Positions 10,331-18,966 of a DNA stretch of 64,000 bases are shown in pieces (position 1 is the stretch's first letter; every line of letters starts with the position of its first letter). The translations under genes and the position numbers were made by a program. The stretch covers positions 64,001 through 128,000 of the forward strand of contig JAYZQJ010000033.1 of assembly GCA_036149055.1 (NCBI GenBank), given 5' to 3'. The notes beneath the pieces were generated by a model. It did not search any database. It saw only the letters and a list, made by a program, of their open reading frames with translations, and was not told where the DNA came from. Source of the DNA: Myxococcota bacterium. GTDB lineage: Bacteria; Myxococcota_A; Polyangia; Polyangiales; Sandaracinaceae.

Positions 10331-11575
10331 CTACTCGGCGACCCGCGGGGCGACGTAGTCCCGAGCGGGGTCGATGGGCGCGGCGTACTCGCTGGACCAG
10401 GTGCCGTCGAAGAACGCCTCGAGGTCCCGGGCGAAGGCCTCGCTCTCGACGACGAAGCCCGCGTTGCGGCTGTGGAGGAAGTAGTCGCCGGCCGCGTTGC
10501 TGGTGCCGACCCAGGAGGCGGCGCCGTCGACGCTCAGGTACTTCGCGTGCACCGTGCGGGAGAACGGGACGAAGCCCCGGGAGGCCTCCGGGATGGTCAC
10601 GATCCGGACCTCGATCCCCTCGACCGCGTGCAGCGCCTTCAGGTCCTCGATCCGGCCGGGTCGGGTCTCCCAGTGGCTGACCATCACGCGCACGTCGACC
10701 CCGCGGGCCGCCGCCTCGCGCAGCGCGTCGTCGAGCGCGGTCCAGCGATCCCCTCCGTGCCCGACGAGGTGGTAGCCCATCACCTGTAGCCGCAGGGTCC
10801 GCCGGGCGCCGGCGATCATCGCCTCGAGGCGCGGCCAGTCCCAGGCCGCCCCCTCGGGGAGCGCGGGCTCGGGGCTGAACGTCGGCCACACCCGCGCGGG
10901 CGCTCCGCCGTAGTCGACCACCGCCGGGAATTCGCGCGCCTCGCCGACCGCCCTCGCCTCCTCGAGCGACGCGCCGCCGGCCAGCGCCCAGTCCATCGCG
11001 AACACGTCGGCCACCGCCCCGACGAGCGAGGGCTCGCGGACCAGCAGGCCGAGCTCCTGGATCTGGGTGAGCGAGCGCCAGTCGAAGTTCTGGCTGCCCA
11101 CGAAGGCGGCGCGCCCGTCGACGACGAAGAGCTTGGCGTGCTGCACGCCGCCGCCGGCGTGGGGGCCGAAGTCGAGGATGCGCACCTCGACGCCTTCGAT
11201 CGCGCCGAGCGCGTCGGGCACCTCGGGCATGCGGGCGTGGAACATCGCGTCGAAGACCATGCGCACCCGCACCCCGCGCGCCGCCGCCGCCTCGATCGCC
11301 GCGATCACCGGCTCGAGCGCCTCCCCCTCCTCCGTGACGCCGTAGAAGAAGAGCATGTCCAGCGAGCTGGACGCCTCGCCGATCAGCTGCGGCCAGAGCG
11401 CGGGCGCGTCGGGGATGCCCGGGTGGTCGAGGGAGGTCTCCACCGGCCAGGACTCGACGAGGGTCAGCGCCGGCGGGGACGGGCTGGCGACCGCGGGCTC
11501 CGGCGTCACCGGCTCCGGGGCCGCGCCGCCGCAGCCGAGGGTCAGACAGCAGAGCCCGAGCAGCGCGCCTCGCAT
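10331..11575 (-). CDS. Phospholipase D family lipoprotein (PLD3/PLD4-like)
   Basis: Two HKD motifs (HAKLFVVD, HAKYLSVD), GSQNFDWRSLTQ and GTSN. N-terminal signal with lipobox LTLGC. Confidence 0.9.
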   Translation of the reverse strand: MRGALLGLCCLTLGCGGAAPEPVTPEPAVASPSPPALTLVESWPVETSLDHPGIPDAPALWPQLIGEASSSLDMLFFYGVTEEGEALEPVIAAIEAAAARGVRVRMVFDAMFHARMPEVPDALGAIEGVEVRILDFGPHAGGGVQHAKLFVVDGRAAFVGSQNFDWRSLTQIQELGLLVREPSLVGAVADVFAMDWALAGGASLEEARAVGEAREFPAVVDYGGAPARVWPTFSPEPALPEGAAWDWPRLEAMIAGARRTLRLQVMGYHLVGHGGDRWTALDDALREAAARGVDVRVMVSHWETRPGRIEDLKALHAVEGIEVRIVTIPEASRGFVPFSRTVHAKYLSVDGAASWVGTSNAAGDYFLHSRNAGFVVESEAFARDLEAFFDGTWSSEYAAPIDPARDYVAPRVAE

Positions 11576-11586
11576 GGCGGCGGACG

Positions 11587-12258
11587 CTACAGCTTCGCGT
11601 CGAGCCCGTCCACGAGAACGACCGGCTGCAGCACCGTGTCGACGCGCAGCTCGGCCGGCACGAGCCGCCGCGGATCGTCGATCAGCAGACGCAGGCCGAG
11701 GTCGGCTCGCAGCTCCTCGTGCTCCATCAGCGCGCGCTTGAAGCGGTCGACGAAGGTGTCGGGCATGGTCGCTCGGGCGGTGCCGCTCTCGGCCATCGAG
11801 GGCACGTCCCGCTCCCGCCACACCACCGCGCCATCGACGGTGATGACGAGGCTGCGCACGTGCTCGAGGCGCAGGGGCTCGCCGTCCTGATCCTCGAGCA
11901 CGAGGGTGGTGAGCACGAGATCCAGCGCCCTCACCGCCCCGATGTCTCCCCGCCGCGACAGGCGCTCGGCCCGGTCGACCACCCGCTCGCGGGTGAGCAG
12001 GCGCGCGCCCTCCAGCCGCACGTCCACCATGCAGCCATCGTCCATCGGCGCGAAGCTCACCAGCGCCCGATCCGCGTCCGACGGGAAGGACTCCGCGGAC
12101 CCGAACGGGCACTCGGTCCGCGCCCGCTCGGAGAGGGAGAACGTGCGCTCGAAACGAAAGGGTTTCACCGACCCCTCGCCGAGCTCCACCAGGATGAGGT
12201 TCGCGCAGCCCGTCAGGACCAGGGCGGAGGCGAGCGCGGCGTAGGAGCGAGGCGGCAT
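11587..12258 (-). CDS. Hypothetical lipoprotein
   Basis: MPPRSYAALASALVLTGC lipobox; ends 11 nt upstream of the PLD gene on the same strand. Confidence 0.7.
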   Translation of the reverse strand: MPPRSYAALASALVLTGCANLILVELGEGSVKPFRFERTFSLSERARTECPFGSAESFPSDADRALVSFAPMDDGCMVDVRLEGARLLTRERVVDRAERLSRRGDIGAVRALDLVLTTLVLEDQDGEPLRLEHVRSLVITVDGAVVWRERDVPSMAESGTARATMPDTFVDRFKRALMEHEELRADLGLRLLIDDPRRLVPAELRVDTVLQPVVLVDGLDAKL

Positions 12259-12407
12259 GGCCGCGACCGCTGCAGCGCGCGTGCCGCGGCCTCGGTGCGC
12301 AGGGTTCGTACGCGGCCGACGCCGGGACGCCACGGCGCGGTGCGCTGCGGGGCGGATCGCATCATCTCCGGCGGCCGCGTCGCCATCGACGGACTAGAGT
12401 GCGCCTC

Positions 12408-13112
12408 ATGGCGCGCGGGAGATCGCAGCACAGCCGGGCGGTGATCGCCCTCGTCGTCGTCATGACGGCGGCGTTCGCGGTCCAGCTCGCCGGCGTGGTC
12501 GAGGGCGGGGACTGGGCCCTGCACGCCAACGCGTTCGTGGCCGCGTGGGGCGAGGTGACGGGCGGAGGCGGCGGGCCGGAGAGCTGGCGCACGCTCTCGA
12601 CGCTCTGGGCCTACGCGCTCGTCCATGGAGGGGTCGAGCACCTCGGCTACAACCTCGTCTTCCTCTGGCTCTTCGGCAGCCTCGTGCAAGACGCGGTCGG
12701 GGAGCGGGGCGTGGTGGTGTCGGCCCTGGTCACGACGGCCACCGCCGGGCTGCTCTTCACCTTCCGGCACCTGGGCGAGACGCCGGACGGCGTGATCGGC
12801 TGCTCGGGGCTGGGGAGCGGGCTGGCCGGGGTCTACGTGCTGCTCGCGTTCCGCTGGAGCGAGATGCCGCGGGCCCACGCCTGGCCGCTCGCCCGGCCGG
12901 TGCCCCCGATGCAGGCGGCGGCGTTCGCGATCCTCTTCGTGATCGGCGACCTCTTCCTGCTGCGGTCCAACGACGGCACCGCCCACGACGCCCACCTCGG
13001 GGGCTTCGGCGGCGGCTTGCTCCTCGCGATGAGCCTGACCACCTTCTTCCCGACGTGGAGGTCCTTCCTCGGCTCGAAGATCGCCCCCGAGGGTCTGGCG
13101 GAGCGCCGATGA
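12408..13112 (+). CDS. Rhomboid family intramembrane serine protease
   Basis: Several TM segments, HLGYN, catalytic GCSG and AHLGG motifs. Confidence 0.88.
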   Translation: MARGRSQHSRAVIALVVVMTAAFAVQLAGVVEGGDWALHANAFVAAWGEVTGGGGGPESWRTLSTLWAYALVHGGVEHLGYNLVFLWLFGSLVQDAVGERGVVVSALVTTATAGLLFTFRHLGETPDGVIGCSGLGSGLAGVYVLLAFRWSEMPRAHAWPLARPVPPMQAAAFAILFVIGDLFLLRSNDGTAHDAHLGGFGGGLLLAMSLTTFFPTWRSFLGSKIAPEGLAERR

Positions 13113-13882
13113 GGATCGCGCTCGCGCTGCTGCTCGCGATGACCGCGCTCCCGGCCGCGGCCTCTGCTCAGGACGAGGGGGAGGCGCCGCCCCCCACGCT
13201 GCCGCCGCCGACCCTGTCGCCGGAGGAGATGGACCCGCCCCCCGAGCCGCTCGAGGGCGAGGAGGTCCCGGAGCCCCCCGAAGAGGAGGGCGAGACCGAG
13301 ATCCTCATGCACATCGGGACCGGCGATCACCCGGAGTGGGAGGAGGAGAACGCGCGCGAGGTGCCGCGGGACGTCGCCTTCGAGGTCCCGGACGACGCGC
13401 GGACCGGCCAGGGCGTCGGGGCCTCTTCGGTCAGCATCGACGAGGAGCGGTTCGGGGAGCCCCGCGAGTTCGCGCTCGGGGCCGGGGTGAGCTGGGCGCG
13501 GCTCATCAGCGCGACGGAGATCGACTTCCTGCGGGTCGACCAGCGCTTCGACTGGCGGGTGCCGGACTTCCCGGCGCTGCGCCTCGGGATCGGCGCGTCC
13601 CAGAGCTTCGCCGCCAACCAGTGGCTCGTCGGGGGCGGGCTCCGGGCGGGGCTCGGCACCTACTTCTGCGAGTCGCGCCTCGTCCGTTGCGAGATCGTCG
13701 CCGTCGTGCAGCCGGGGGTCCTCGGCGGGGACGTGCTCGGCCCCCGCTTCGATCTGCACGCCGCCCTCGAGGCGCACTTCGACTTCGCCGGCGTCTTCGG
13801 CGCCTGGGTCACCGGCGGCTTCTCGCAGCTCGGCACCGAGTCGATGGTCCACCTGGGCGGCGTGGCGGCCTTCCTGTTCTGA
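13109..13882 (+). CDS. Secreted protein with acidic/Pro-rich linker and probable outer-membrane beta-barrel C-terminus
   Basis: ATGA overlap with the rhomboid gene, signal peptide ending ASA-Q, amphipathic beta strands and terminal Phe. Confidence 0.7.
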   Translation: MRIALALLLAMTALPAAASAQDEGEAPPPTLPPPTLSPEEMDPPPEPLEGEEVPEPPEEEGETEILMHIGTGDHPEWEEENAREVPRDVAFEVPDDARTGQGVGASSVSIDEERFGEPREFALGAGVSWARLISATEIDFLRVDQRFDWRVPDFPALRLGIGASQSFAANQWLVGGGLRAGLGTYFCESRLVRCEIVAVVQPGVLGGDVLGPRFDLHAALEAHFDFAGVFGAWVTGGFSQLGTESMVHLGGVAAFLF

Positions 13883-14064
13883 AAGGACTCCTTGACGCCG
13901 TGGGGCCGGCCCTGGTGTATTTCCGCGGCCGGGAAAAACCTGGCGACGGATAGAATGCACGCTCCGGCGCGCCGTCTCATCCGCACCTTTCGAAGGCTCT
14001 CGTCGTGGGGGGACGAGCGACATCGGGCTCTCCTTCCACGATCGCACTGATCCCTGGAGGCGTC

Positions 14065-14934
14065 GTGAGCTCACCCCCGATTCGAATCTCCCACCTCGCG
14101 GCGGGCCTGGCGGCCGTCCTGGCCATCGCGCTCGCCGCTCCCACGCAGGCCCAGATCGGCCCGGCGCGCCGCATCACCGGCGCCCCCGTCGCCAACGAGG
14201 CCGTGCGCGCCCGGTTCGCCTGGGGCGGCACCGGCAACCGCATCATCTGGGTCAACCAGGCCGACGAGGTCTACTACCAGCGCGTGCACTCCAACCGCGT
14301 CGACCGCCACATCCGCATGCGCGGACACACGGTCGGGGTCCGCGGCGATCAGACCGAGTACGTGATCCCGTGGGACAACAACACGATCCTCGTCGTGACC
14401 CAGCGCGGCAGCCTCTACCGGCACCAGATCCGGAACGAGAGCGTCGGGCCGCCCGAGCAGATCCAGGGCGCCCCGGTCGGCACCCAGGGCCAGGACCCGG
14501 TCTTCATGTTCCGGGTCGCCAACCGGCTGATCAACGTCACCCAGCAGGGTGAGGTCTGGGCCCACCAGGTCGGCAACGTGGTCTCCCCGCCGCAGCGCCT
14601 CGGCCGCGTGGCCATCGCCTCGCCGCGCCAGGTGCGCCACGTGTTCAACGTCGGCCGCGCGGTCTACATCGTCAGCGACCAGGGCGAGGTCTACCGCCAC
14701 GACGTGCACCCGGACTTCGGTCAGGGTCGGCTCGTGCAGACCCGCGCCAACTGGTTCGCGCAGCCCAACACCCGGTTCGCGTTCGTGATGAACAACGGCC
14801 TGTACGTGGTGGGTCCCCAGGGCGAGCTCTGGGTCCACGACGTCAGCCGGCTGATGCAGAACCGCCGCGGGGTCCGCGGTCAGCGCGCGGCGCCGCAGCC
14901 CGCGCAGCCCGCGCAGCCGCCCACCGGGGGTTGA
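14065..14934 (+). CDS. Secreted protein with five ~47-aa repeats (probable five-bladed beta-propeller)
   Basis: GGAGG SD before GTG, signal peptide ending TQA-Q, five repeats of the form hhhV-x-Q-GEhY/W-x-H-x-V. Confidence 0.8.
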   Translation: MSSPPIRISHLAAGLAAVLAIALAAPTQAQIGPARRITGAPVANEAVRARFAWGGTGNRIIWVNQADEVYYQRVHSNRVDRHIRMRGHTVGVRGDQTEYVIPWDNNTILVVTQRGSLYRHQIRNESVGPPEQIQGAPVGTQGQDPVFMFRVANRLINVTQQGEVWAHQVGNVVSPPQRLGRVAIASPRQVRHVFNVGRAVYIVSDQGEVYRHDVHPDFGQGRLVQTRANWFAQPNTRFAFVMNNGLYVVGPQGELWVHDVSRLMQNRRGVRGQRAAPQPAQPAQPPTGG

Positions 14935-14961
14935 GCGCGCGTCGACGGACTGCACGTCCGA

Positions 14962-15013
14962 GGAACGCAGAGACGGCCGCTCCCCTCGCGGGGACGCGGC
15001 CGTTCTTCGTTCC
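14962..15013. terminator. Long inverted repeat, probable terminator after the propeller gene
   Basis: GGAACG..ACGGCCGC-TCCCC-tcgc-GGGGA-c-GCGGCCGT..CGTTCC, between convergent genes. Confidence 0.6.
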
Positions 15014-15025
15014 GGGGGGACGCGC

Positions 15026-15214
15026 TCAGCGGCCGTGCAGATAGCGCCGGATCGCCTCCTCGAGGGGCGTCTCCGCGAGCATTTCGCCGCCGCCCCGGGA
15101 GGGGCGCTCGTAGCTCGCGGTGGTGAGCACGCGGGGGCGCGCGGGCTGACGGGGCTCACCGCTCTGAGGGGCGATGAAGAAGGGGCGGAGGGTCGCTCGC
15201 ATGCCCCCGGTCAA
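15026..15214 (-). CDS. Possible small protein downstream of the YeeE pair
   Basis: Up to 62 aa, fills the gap before the hairpin and ends in a helical-looking PLEEAIRRYLHGR. Start uncertain. Confidence 0.3.
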   Translation of the reverse strand: MTGGMRATLRPFFIAPQSGEPRQPARPRVLTTASYERPSRGGGEMLAETPLEEAIRRYLHGR

Positions 15215-15242
15215 CGGCGCGCCGGGGGCGGACTTGAGGCCC

Positions 15243-15662
15243 TCAGCGCCGCTGCGCCTCGAAGAGACGGTAGGCGAGCATGCCGAGCGCCATGGTGCCG
15301 ACGAAGACGGCCGCCTCCGCGCCGAATGAGGCCAGCGACGCGATGCCCGGGCCCGGGCAGAAGCCGCCGAGGCCCCAGCCGATCCCGAACAGCGCGCTGC
15401 CGCCGAGGAGCGCCGGCGTGAGGTCCTTGCGGGTGGGCACCTCGAAGCGACCTCCGAAGACGGGGGTGCCCCGCTTCAGGATGAGGCGGAAGAGCACGAA
15501 GTGGACGCCGATCGCGCCGACCATGACGAACGCGAGGCTGGGATCCCACTGGCCGAAGAAGTCGAGGAACCCGACGACCTTGGACGGCTGGGTCATGCCC
15601 GCGATGGCGAGGCCGACGGCGAAGATCAGACCGGCGACGAACGCGGCGAGGGGCTTCTTCAC
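15243..15662 (-). CDS. YeeE/YedE family sulfur-compound transporter, second subunit
   Basis: GMTQPSKVVGFLD..WDPSLAFVM and GWGLGGFCPGP motifs. GTG start overlaps the partner's TGA. Confidence 0.9.
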   Translation of the reverse strand: MKKPLAAFVAGLIFAVGLAIAGMTQPSKVVGFLDFFGQWDPSLAFVMVGAIGVHFVLFRLILKRGTPVFGGRFEVPTRKDLTPALLGGSALFGIGWGLGGFCPGPGIASLASFGAEAAVFVGTMALGMLAYRLFEAQRR

Positions 15663-16105
15663 GACACGCCTCCGAGCAGCCGCACCGCGAGCACGGTCAG
15701 GGCGCCGGTCGCGATGAAGGTCACGGTGGCCACGATCGAGCGGCGGGAGAAGCGGCTGATGCCGCAGACCCCGTGGCCGCTGGTGCACCCGCTGCCGAGC
15801 CGCACACCGAAGCCGACGACGAGGCCGGCGACGGCGATGGTGAGCAGCGACCGGTCGTAGGTGACGGCGAAGAGCTGGGGCTGCAGCGCGAACATCACCG
15901 CGCCGCCCACCACCAGGCCGCCGACGAAGGCGGCCCGCCAGCCGAGCTCCTGCGCGTCGGCGCGGTCGGCCGGCCGGGGGAGGAGCAGGCCGGAGAAGAT
16001 GCCGCTGATGCCGGCGATGCGGCCGTTGAAGAGGAGGAGCAGCGACGCGCTGATCCCGATGAGGACGCCTCCGAGCGTGGAGGCGAGGGGGGTGAAGTGT
16101 TCCAT
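15659..16105 (-). CDS. YeeE/YedE family sulfur-compound transporter, first subunit
   Basis: GRIAGISG and GSGCTSGHGVCG motifs; about 4 TM segments. Confidence 0.92.
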   Translation of the reverse strand: MEHFTPLASTLGGVLIGISASLLLLFNGRIAGISGIFSGLLLPRPADRADAQELGWRAAFVGGLVVGGAVMFALQPQLFAVTYDRSLLTIAVAGLVVGFGVRLGSGCTSGHGVCGISRFSRRSIVATVTFIATGALTVLAVRLLGGVS

Positions 16106-16194
16106 GAGGGTGGCTCCGAGAACGGCGAACGGGCCGGGTCTTTGCTGATCTCTCGAGTCGGGATGCGCTCGACGCAACCCGTGGTCACCACACC

Positions 16195-16268
16195 ACCAGG
16201 AAGCGTACCAACGTCGGCGCGCACCGCCCACGCGAGCCTCTGCAACGCGGCGAAACGAGCGGTGCAAC
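16195..16268 (-). promoter_or_regulatory. Putative sigma54 promoter plus upstream activator motif for the YeeE pair
   Basis: Minus strand GTTGCA-N6-GTTTCG-N4-GTTGCA, then 30 bp, then TGGTACGCTTCCTGGT. The -24 box is good; -12 is the variant GG. Confidence 0.55.
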
Positions 16269-16310
16269 GGCGAGATACGGATCGCCCGGCCGACGCCCCA
16301 CGGCGAGGGC

Positions 16311-16326
16311 TGGCGCGGTTCTCGCT
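16311..16326 (+). promoter_or_regulatory. Putative sigma54 -24/-12 promoter for rhodanese-CA and porin
   Basis: TGGCGCGGTTCTCGCT = GG-N10-GC, 14 nt before the ATG. Confidence 0.45.
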
Positions 16327-16340
16327 GACCGCGGTCGGCC

Positions 16341-17711
16341 ATGACCCGCTCGCTGCCCCTCGCCCTCCTGCTCGTCGCCTGCCAGGCGCCCTCCCCGGCC
16401 CCGCGCGCGTGCTCGCCGGACGGTCCCCCCGCGCGCTTCGACCGCTCGCCGGGCGGCGTGCCCGAGGTGGCTCCGTCCTGGGTGCTCGCCCACCACTGCC
16501 AGGTGCGCCTGGTCGACGTGCGTTCGGAAGAGGAGCTGACGGGCCCGCTCGGCCGCATCCCCTGGGCCAGGCACGTCCCGCTCGACCGGCTCGAGGACGA
16601 GGCGGAGGCCTGGGACCGGGACGCCCCGGTGGTCCTGGTGTGTCGCTCGGGGCGGCGGTCGGCGCGGGCCACCCGCGCGCTCGAGGACCTGGGCTTCGGC
16701 GCGGTGGCGTCGATGACCGGCGGCATGCTCGCCTGGCGCGACGGCGACCGGCCGGTGGTGCGGCACCGCGCCTCGCCCGCCCCTCCCCCGCCGGCGGAGC
16801 CGCACGCGGGGCCGCTCCGCGCGGTCGACATCGAGGCCCACCTGGGCGACCCGCGCCGGATCCGATGGGTCAAGGTCGCGGCGCTCCTGATGCAAGGCAC
16901 GCAGTCTTGCGTGGACGGACGCGATCCGAGGCCGGTGCTCGGCACGCCGGGCGGAGACGCCGGCGAGATCCTGCTCTCGCTCGCCGCGGCGGAGCGGGTG
17001 CGCGGCGCGCCCTTCCCCGCCTCGCGGGTCGGCCCCTTCCTGGACGCGTACCTCGACGCCTTCGGGCGCGTCTACGTGCACACCGACACCCACGCGCTCG
17101 AGGCGCTGGAGGCCTCGCTCCGGGACGACCCGCGCTTCGCCCCCGCGCTCGCCCGCGGCGTCGAGCGCCTGGTGCGGCGCCCGCCGCGCGCCCTCGAGGG
17201 GCCGCTGCTCGACGCGCTGACCCGCCCGGCCCACGTGGGCTGCGGCCACCTGCGCCTGATGCGCGAGCACCCGGACGAGTACGGCGTGCGCCCGGCGCTG
17301 AGCGAGGCGGTGCTGCGCGCGATCTTCGTGCGGCTCTGGCGCGGCGACGCGATCGACTTCGTGGTGCTCGAGGGCGGCCACGCCGAAGGCGCGGTGCTCG
17401 ACGTGGTGCTCGATGGGGAAGTGCACAGCTACACGCGTGTGCCGATGATCGCGCCGCACCTCGGAGACCGAGAGCTGTTCGTGCACCACCCCCAGGTCAG
17501 CGCCTGGCTGCGCGAGCAGAACGCGAGCTTCGTGTTCGAGCACGATCCCGCGCTCCGCGCCGAGCCCGGGCGCAGGGAGGCGCTCCACGCGGAGCTCGAG
17601 CGGCTCGGCGCGGCCCAGCTCCAGGCCACCCTCTCGCACCTCGCCGCGGACCTCCCGCGCTACCGAGCCCACGTCTCCGAGCGGCGGGTGTCGATCGAGG
17701 CGGCGCGATGA
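16341..17711 (+). CDS. Lipoprotein: rhodanese domain fused to a carbonic-anhydrase-like (zeta/CDCA-like) domain
   Basis: Lipobox LLVAC; rhodanese LVDVR..E, CRSGRRS and MTGGMLAW; C-terminal SCVDGR, PGG, VHTD, GCGHLRL and GGHAE. Confidence 0.8.
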   Translation: MTRSLPLALLLVACQAPSPAPRACSPDGPPARFDRSPGGVPEVAPSWVLAHHCQVRLVDVRSEEELTGPLGRIPWARHVPLDRLEDEAEAWDRDAPVVLVCRSGRRSARATRALEDLGFGAVASMTGGMLAWRDGDRPVVRHRASPAPPPPAEPHAGPLRAVDIEAHLGDPRRIRWVKVAALLMQGTQSCVDGRDPRPVLGTPGGDAGEILLSLAAAERVRGAPFPASRVGPFLDAYLDAFGRVYVHTDTHALEALEASLRDDPRFAPALARGVERLVRRPPRALEGPLLDALTRPAHVGCGHLRLMREHPDEYGVRPALSEAVLRAIFVRLWRGDAIDFVVLEGGHAEGAVLDVVLDGEVHSYTRVPMIAPHLGDRELFVHHPQVSAWLREQNASFVFEHDPALRAEPGRREALHAELERLGAAQLQATLSHLAADLPRYRAHVSERRVSIEAAR

Positions 17712-18889
17712 GGCGGCTCGCGCTGATCACGCTGCTGCTCTGGCCCGCGCCCGCGGCGGCGGACTGGCCGGACGCGATCGGCCCCTTCACGGTCGGGGAC
17801 GATGCGGCCTCGCTGCGGCTCTCGGGCATGGCGCAGCTCCAGCTCGACGTCGAGCGCCCGGGCGAGCCCGCGCTGCGGGTCCGGCGGCTGCGGCCGATCG
17901 CCCGGGCGAGCTTCGCCGGCGGCCTCCTCGGCGCGACCGCGCACCTCGAGCTCGCGCCGGGCCAGGCCGAGCTGATCGACCTCTTCGTCGAGGCGCGGCT
18001 GGATCCGGCCCTCCACCTCCGGGCCGGGCAGCTCAAGGTGCCGTACACGGTGTACCGGCAGCAGTCGCCCACCCGCCTCGCCCTCGTCGACTGGCCGGTC
18101 ACGAGCCGCTGGTTCGGGGCCGAGCGGCAGCTGGGTGTGACGGCGACGGGGGCGCTGGGCCCGGTGGGCTACGCCTTCGGCGCGTTCGCGGGCGAGAACC
18201 GACGGGCGGCGCACGCGCGCGAGCTGCCGGCCTTCTACGGCGAGGACGCGACGAACCCCTCGCGCCTGAGCGACCTGGGCGCCCCGGAGTCTCCGCACCT
18301 GGAGCTCTTCGCCCGGCTCGAGCACGCCCACCCGGACCTCGACCCGACCTCGCAGATGGACGCCCGGGGCGGCGAGCTGCGTCACCTCGTGGCGGCGAGC
18401 GTGGCCTGGGACACCGCGCCGACGGCGCGCCGCGATCTGCTGCTGCGCGTCGCGCCCGAGCTGTGGGTGCAGGCGCACGGGCTGAGCCTCACGCTCGTGG
18501 GTCACCTCGCGCTCTTCGAGGACGCGACCGGCGCGCCCCGGCCGGCGGGCATGGGCGCGCTCGCCGAGCTCGGCTGGCACGCGCACCGTCACGTGGAGCT
18601 GACGCTGCGGGTGGCCCGGGTGGACCTGACGGCCGCGCTCCGGGGAGACGCGGCCCGGCACGCCGCCCGCCTCGAGCCGCGCGACGCCGACGCGCACGCG
18701 GCCTGGGAGGCGCAGTACGGCGACGCCGGCACCCTGCGCGCGACCCAGGAGGTGGCGCTCGGCGTGAACGTGCTCGTGATCGGCCGCAGCCTCGCGTGGC
18801 GCTCCGACGTCGCGTGGCTCCGCGTCGAGCGGACCGACGGCGCCCGCGACGCGCTCCGCTTCCGCACCCAGCTCAGCCTGGCGTTCTGA
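17708..18889 (+). CDS. Porin (OprO/OprP-like anion-selective beta-barrel)
   Basis: Signal peptide, RVRRLR, LIDLFVE, LRAGQLKVPY, ERQLGV, C-terminal FRTQLSLAF. ATGA overlap with the upstream gene. Confidence 0.75.
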   Translation: MRRLALITLLLWPAPAAADWPDAIGPFTVGDDAASLRLSGMAQLQLDVERPGEPALRVRRLRPIARASFAGGLLGATAHLELAPGQAELIDLFVEARLDPALHLRAGQLKVPYTVYRQQSPTRLALVDWPVTSRWFGAERQLGVTATGALGPVGYAFGAFAGENRRAAHARELPAFYGEDATNPSRLSDLGAPESPHLELFARLEHAHPDLDPTSQMDARGGELRHLVAASVAWDTAPTARRDLLLRVAPELWVQAHGLSLTLVGHLALFEDATGAPRPAGMGALAELGWHAHRHVELTLRVARVDLTAALRGDAARHAARLEPRDADAHAAWEAQYGDAGTLRATQEVALGVNVLVIGRSLAWRSDVAWLRVERTDGARDALRFRTQLSLAF

Positions 18890-18893
18890 CCCC

Positions 18894-18966
18894 GTTCCAG
18901 GGAGCGTTCCACCCCGTTGCGGCGCGCACGTCGGGGGCGCGCGCGAGGCGCGGCACGCGGCGTGCT
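18894..18966 (+). promoter_or_regulatory. Putative sigma54 promoter plus upstream activator motif for sulP
   Basis: GTTCCA-N6-GTTCCA-N4-GTTGCG, then 29 bp, then CGGCACGCGGCGTGCT (GG-N10-GC). Confidence 0.65.
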
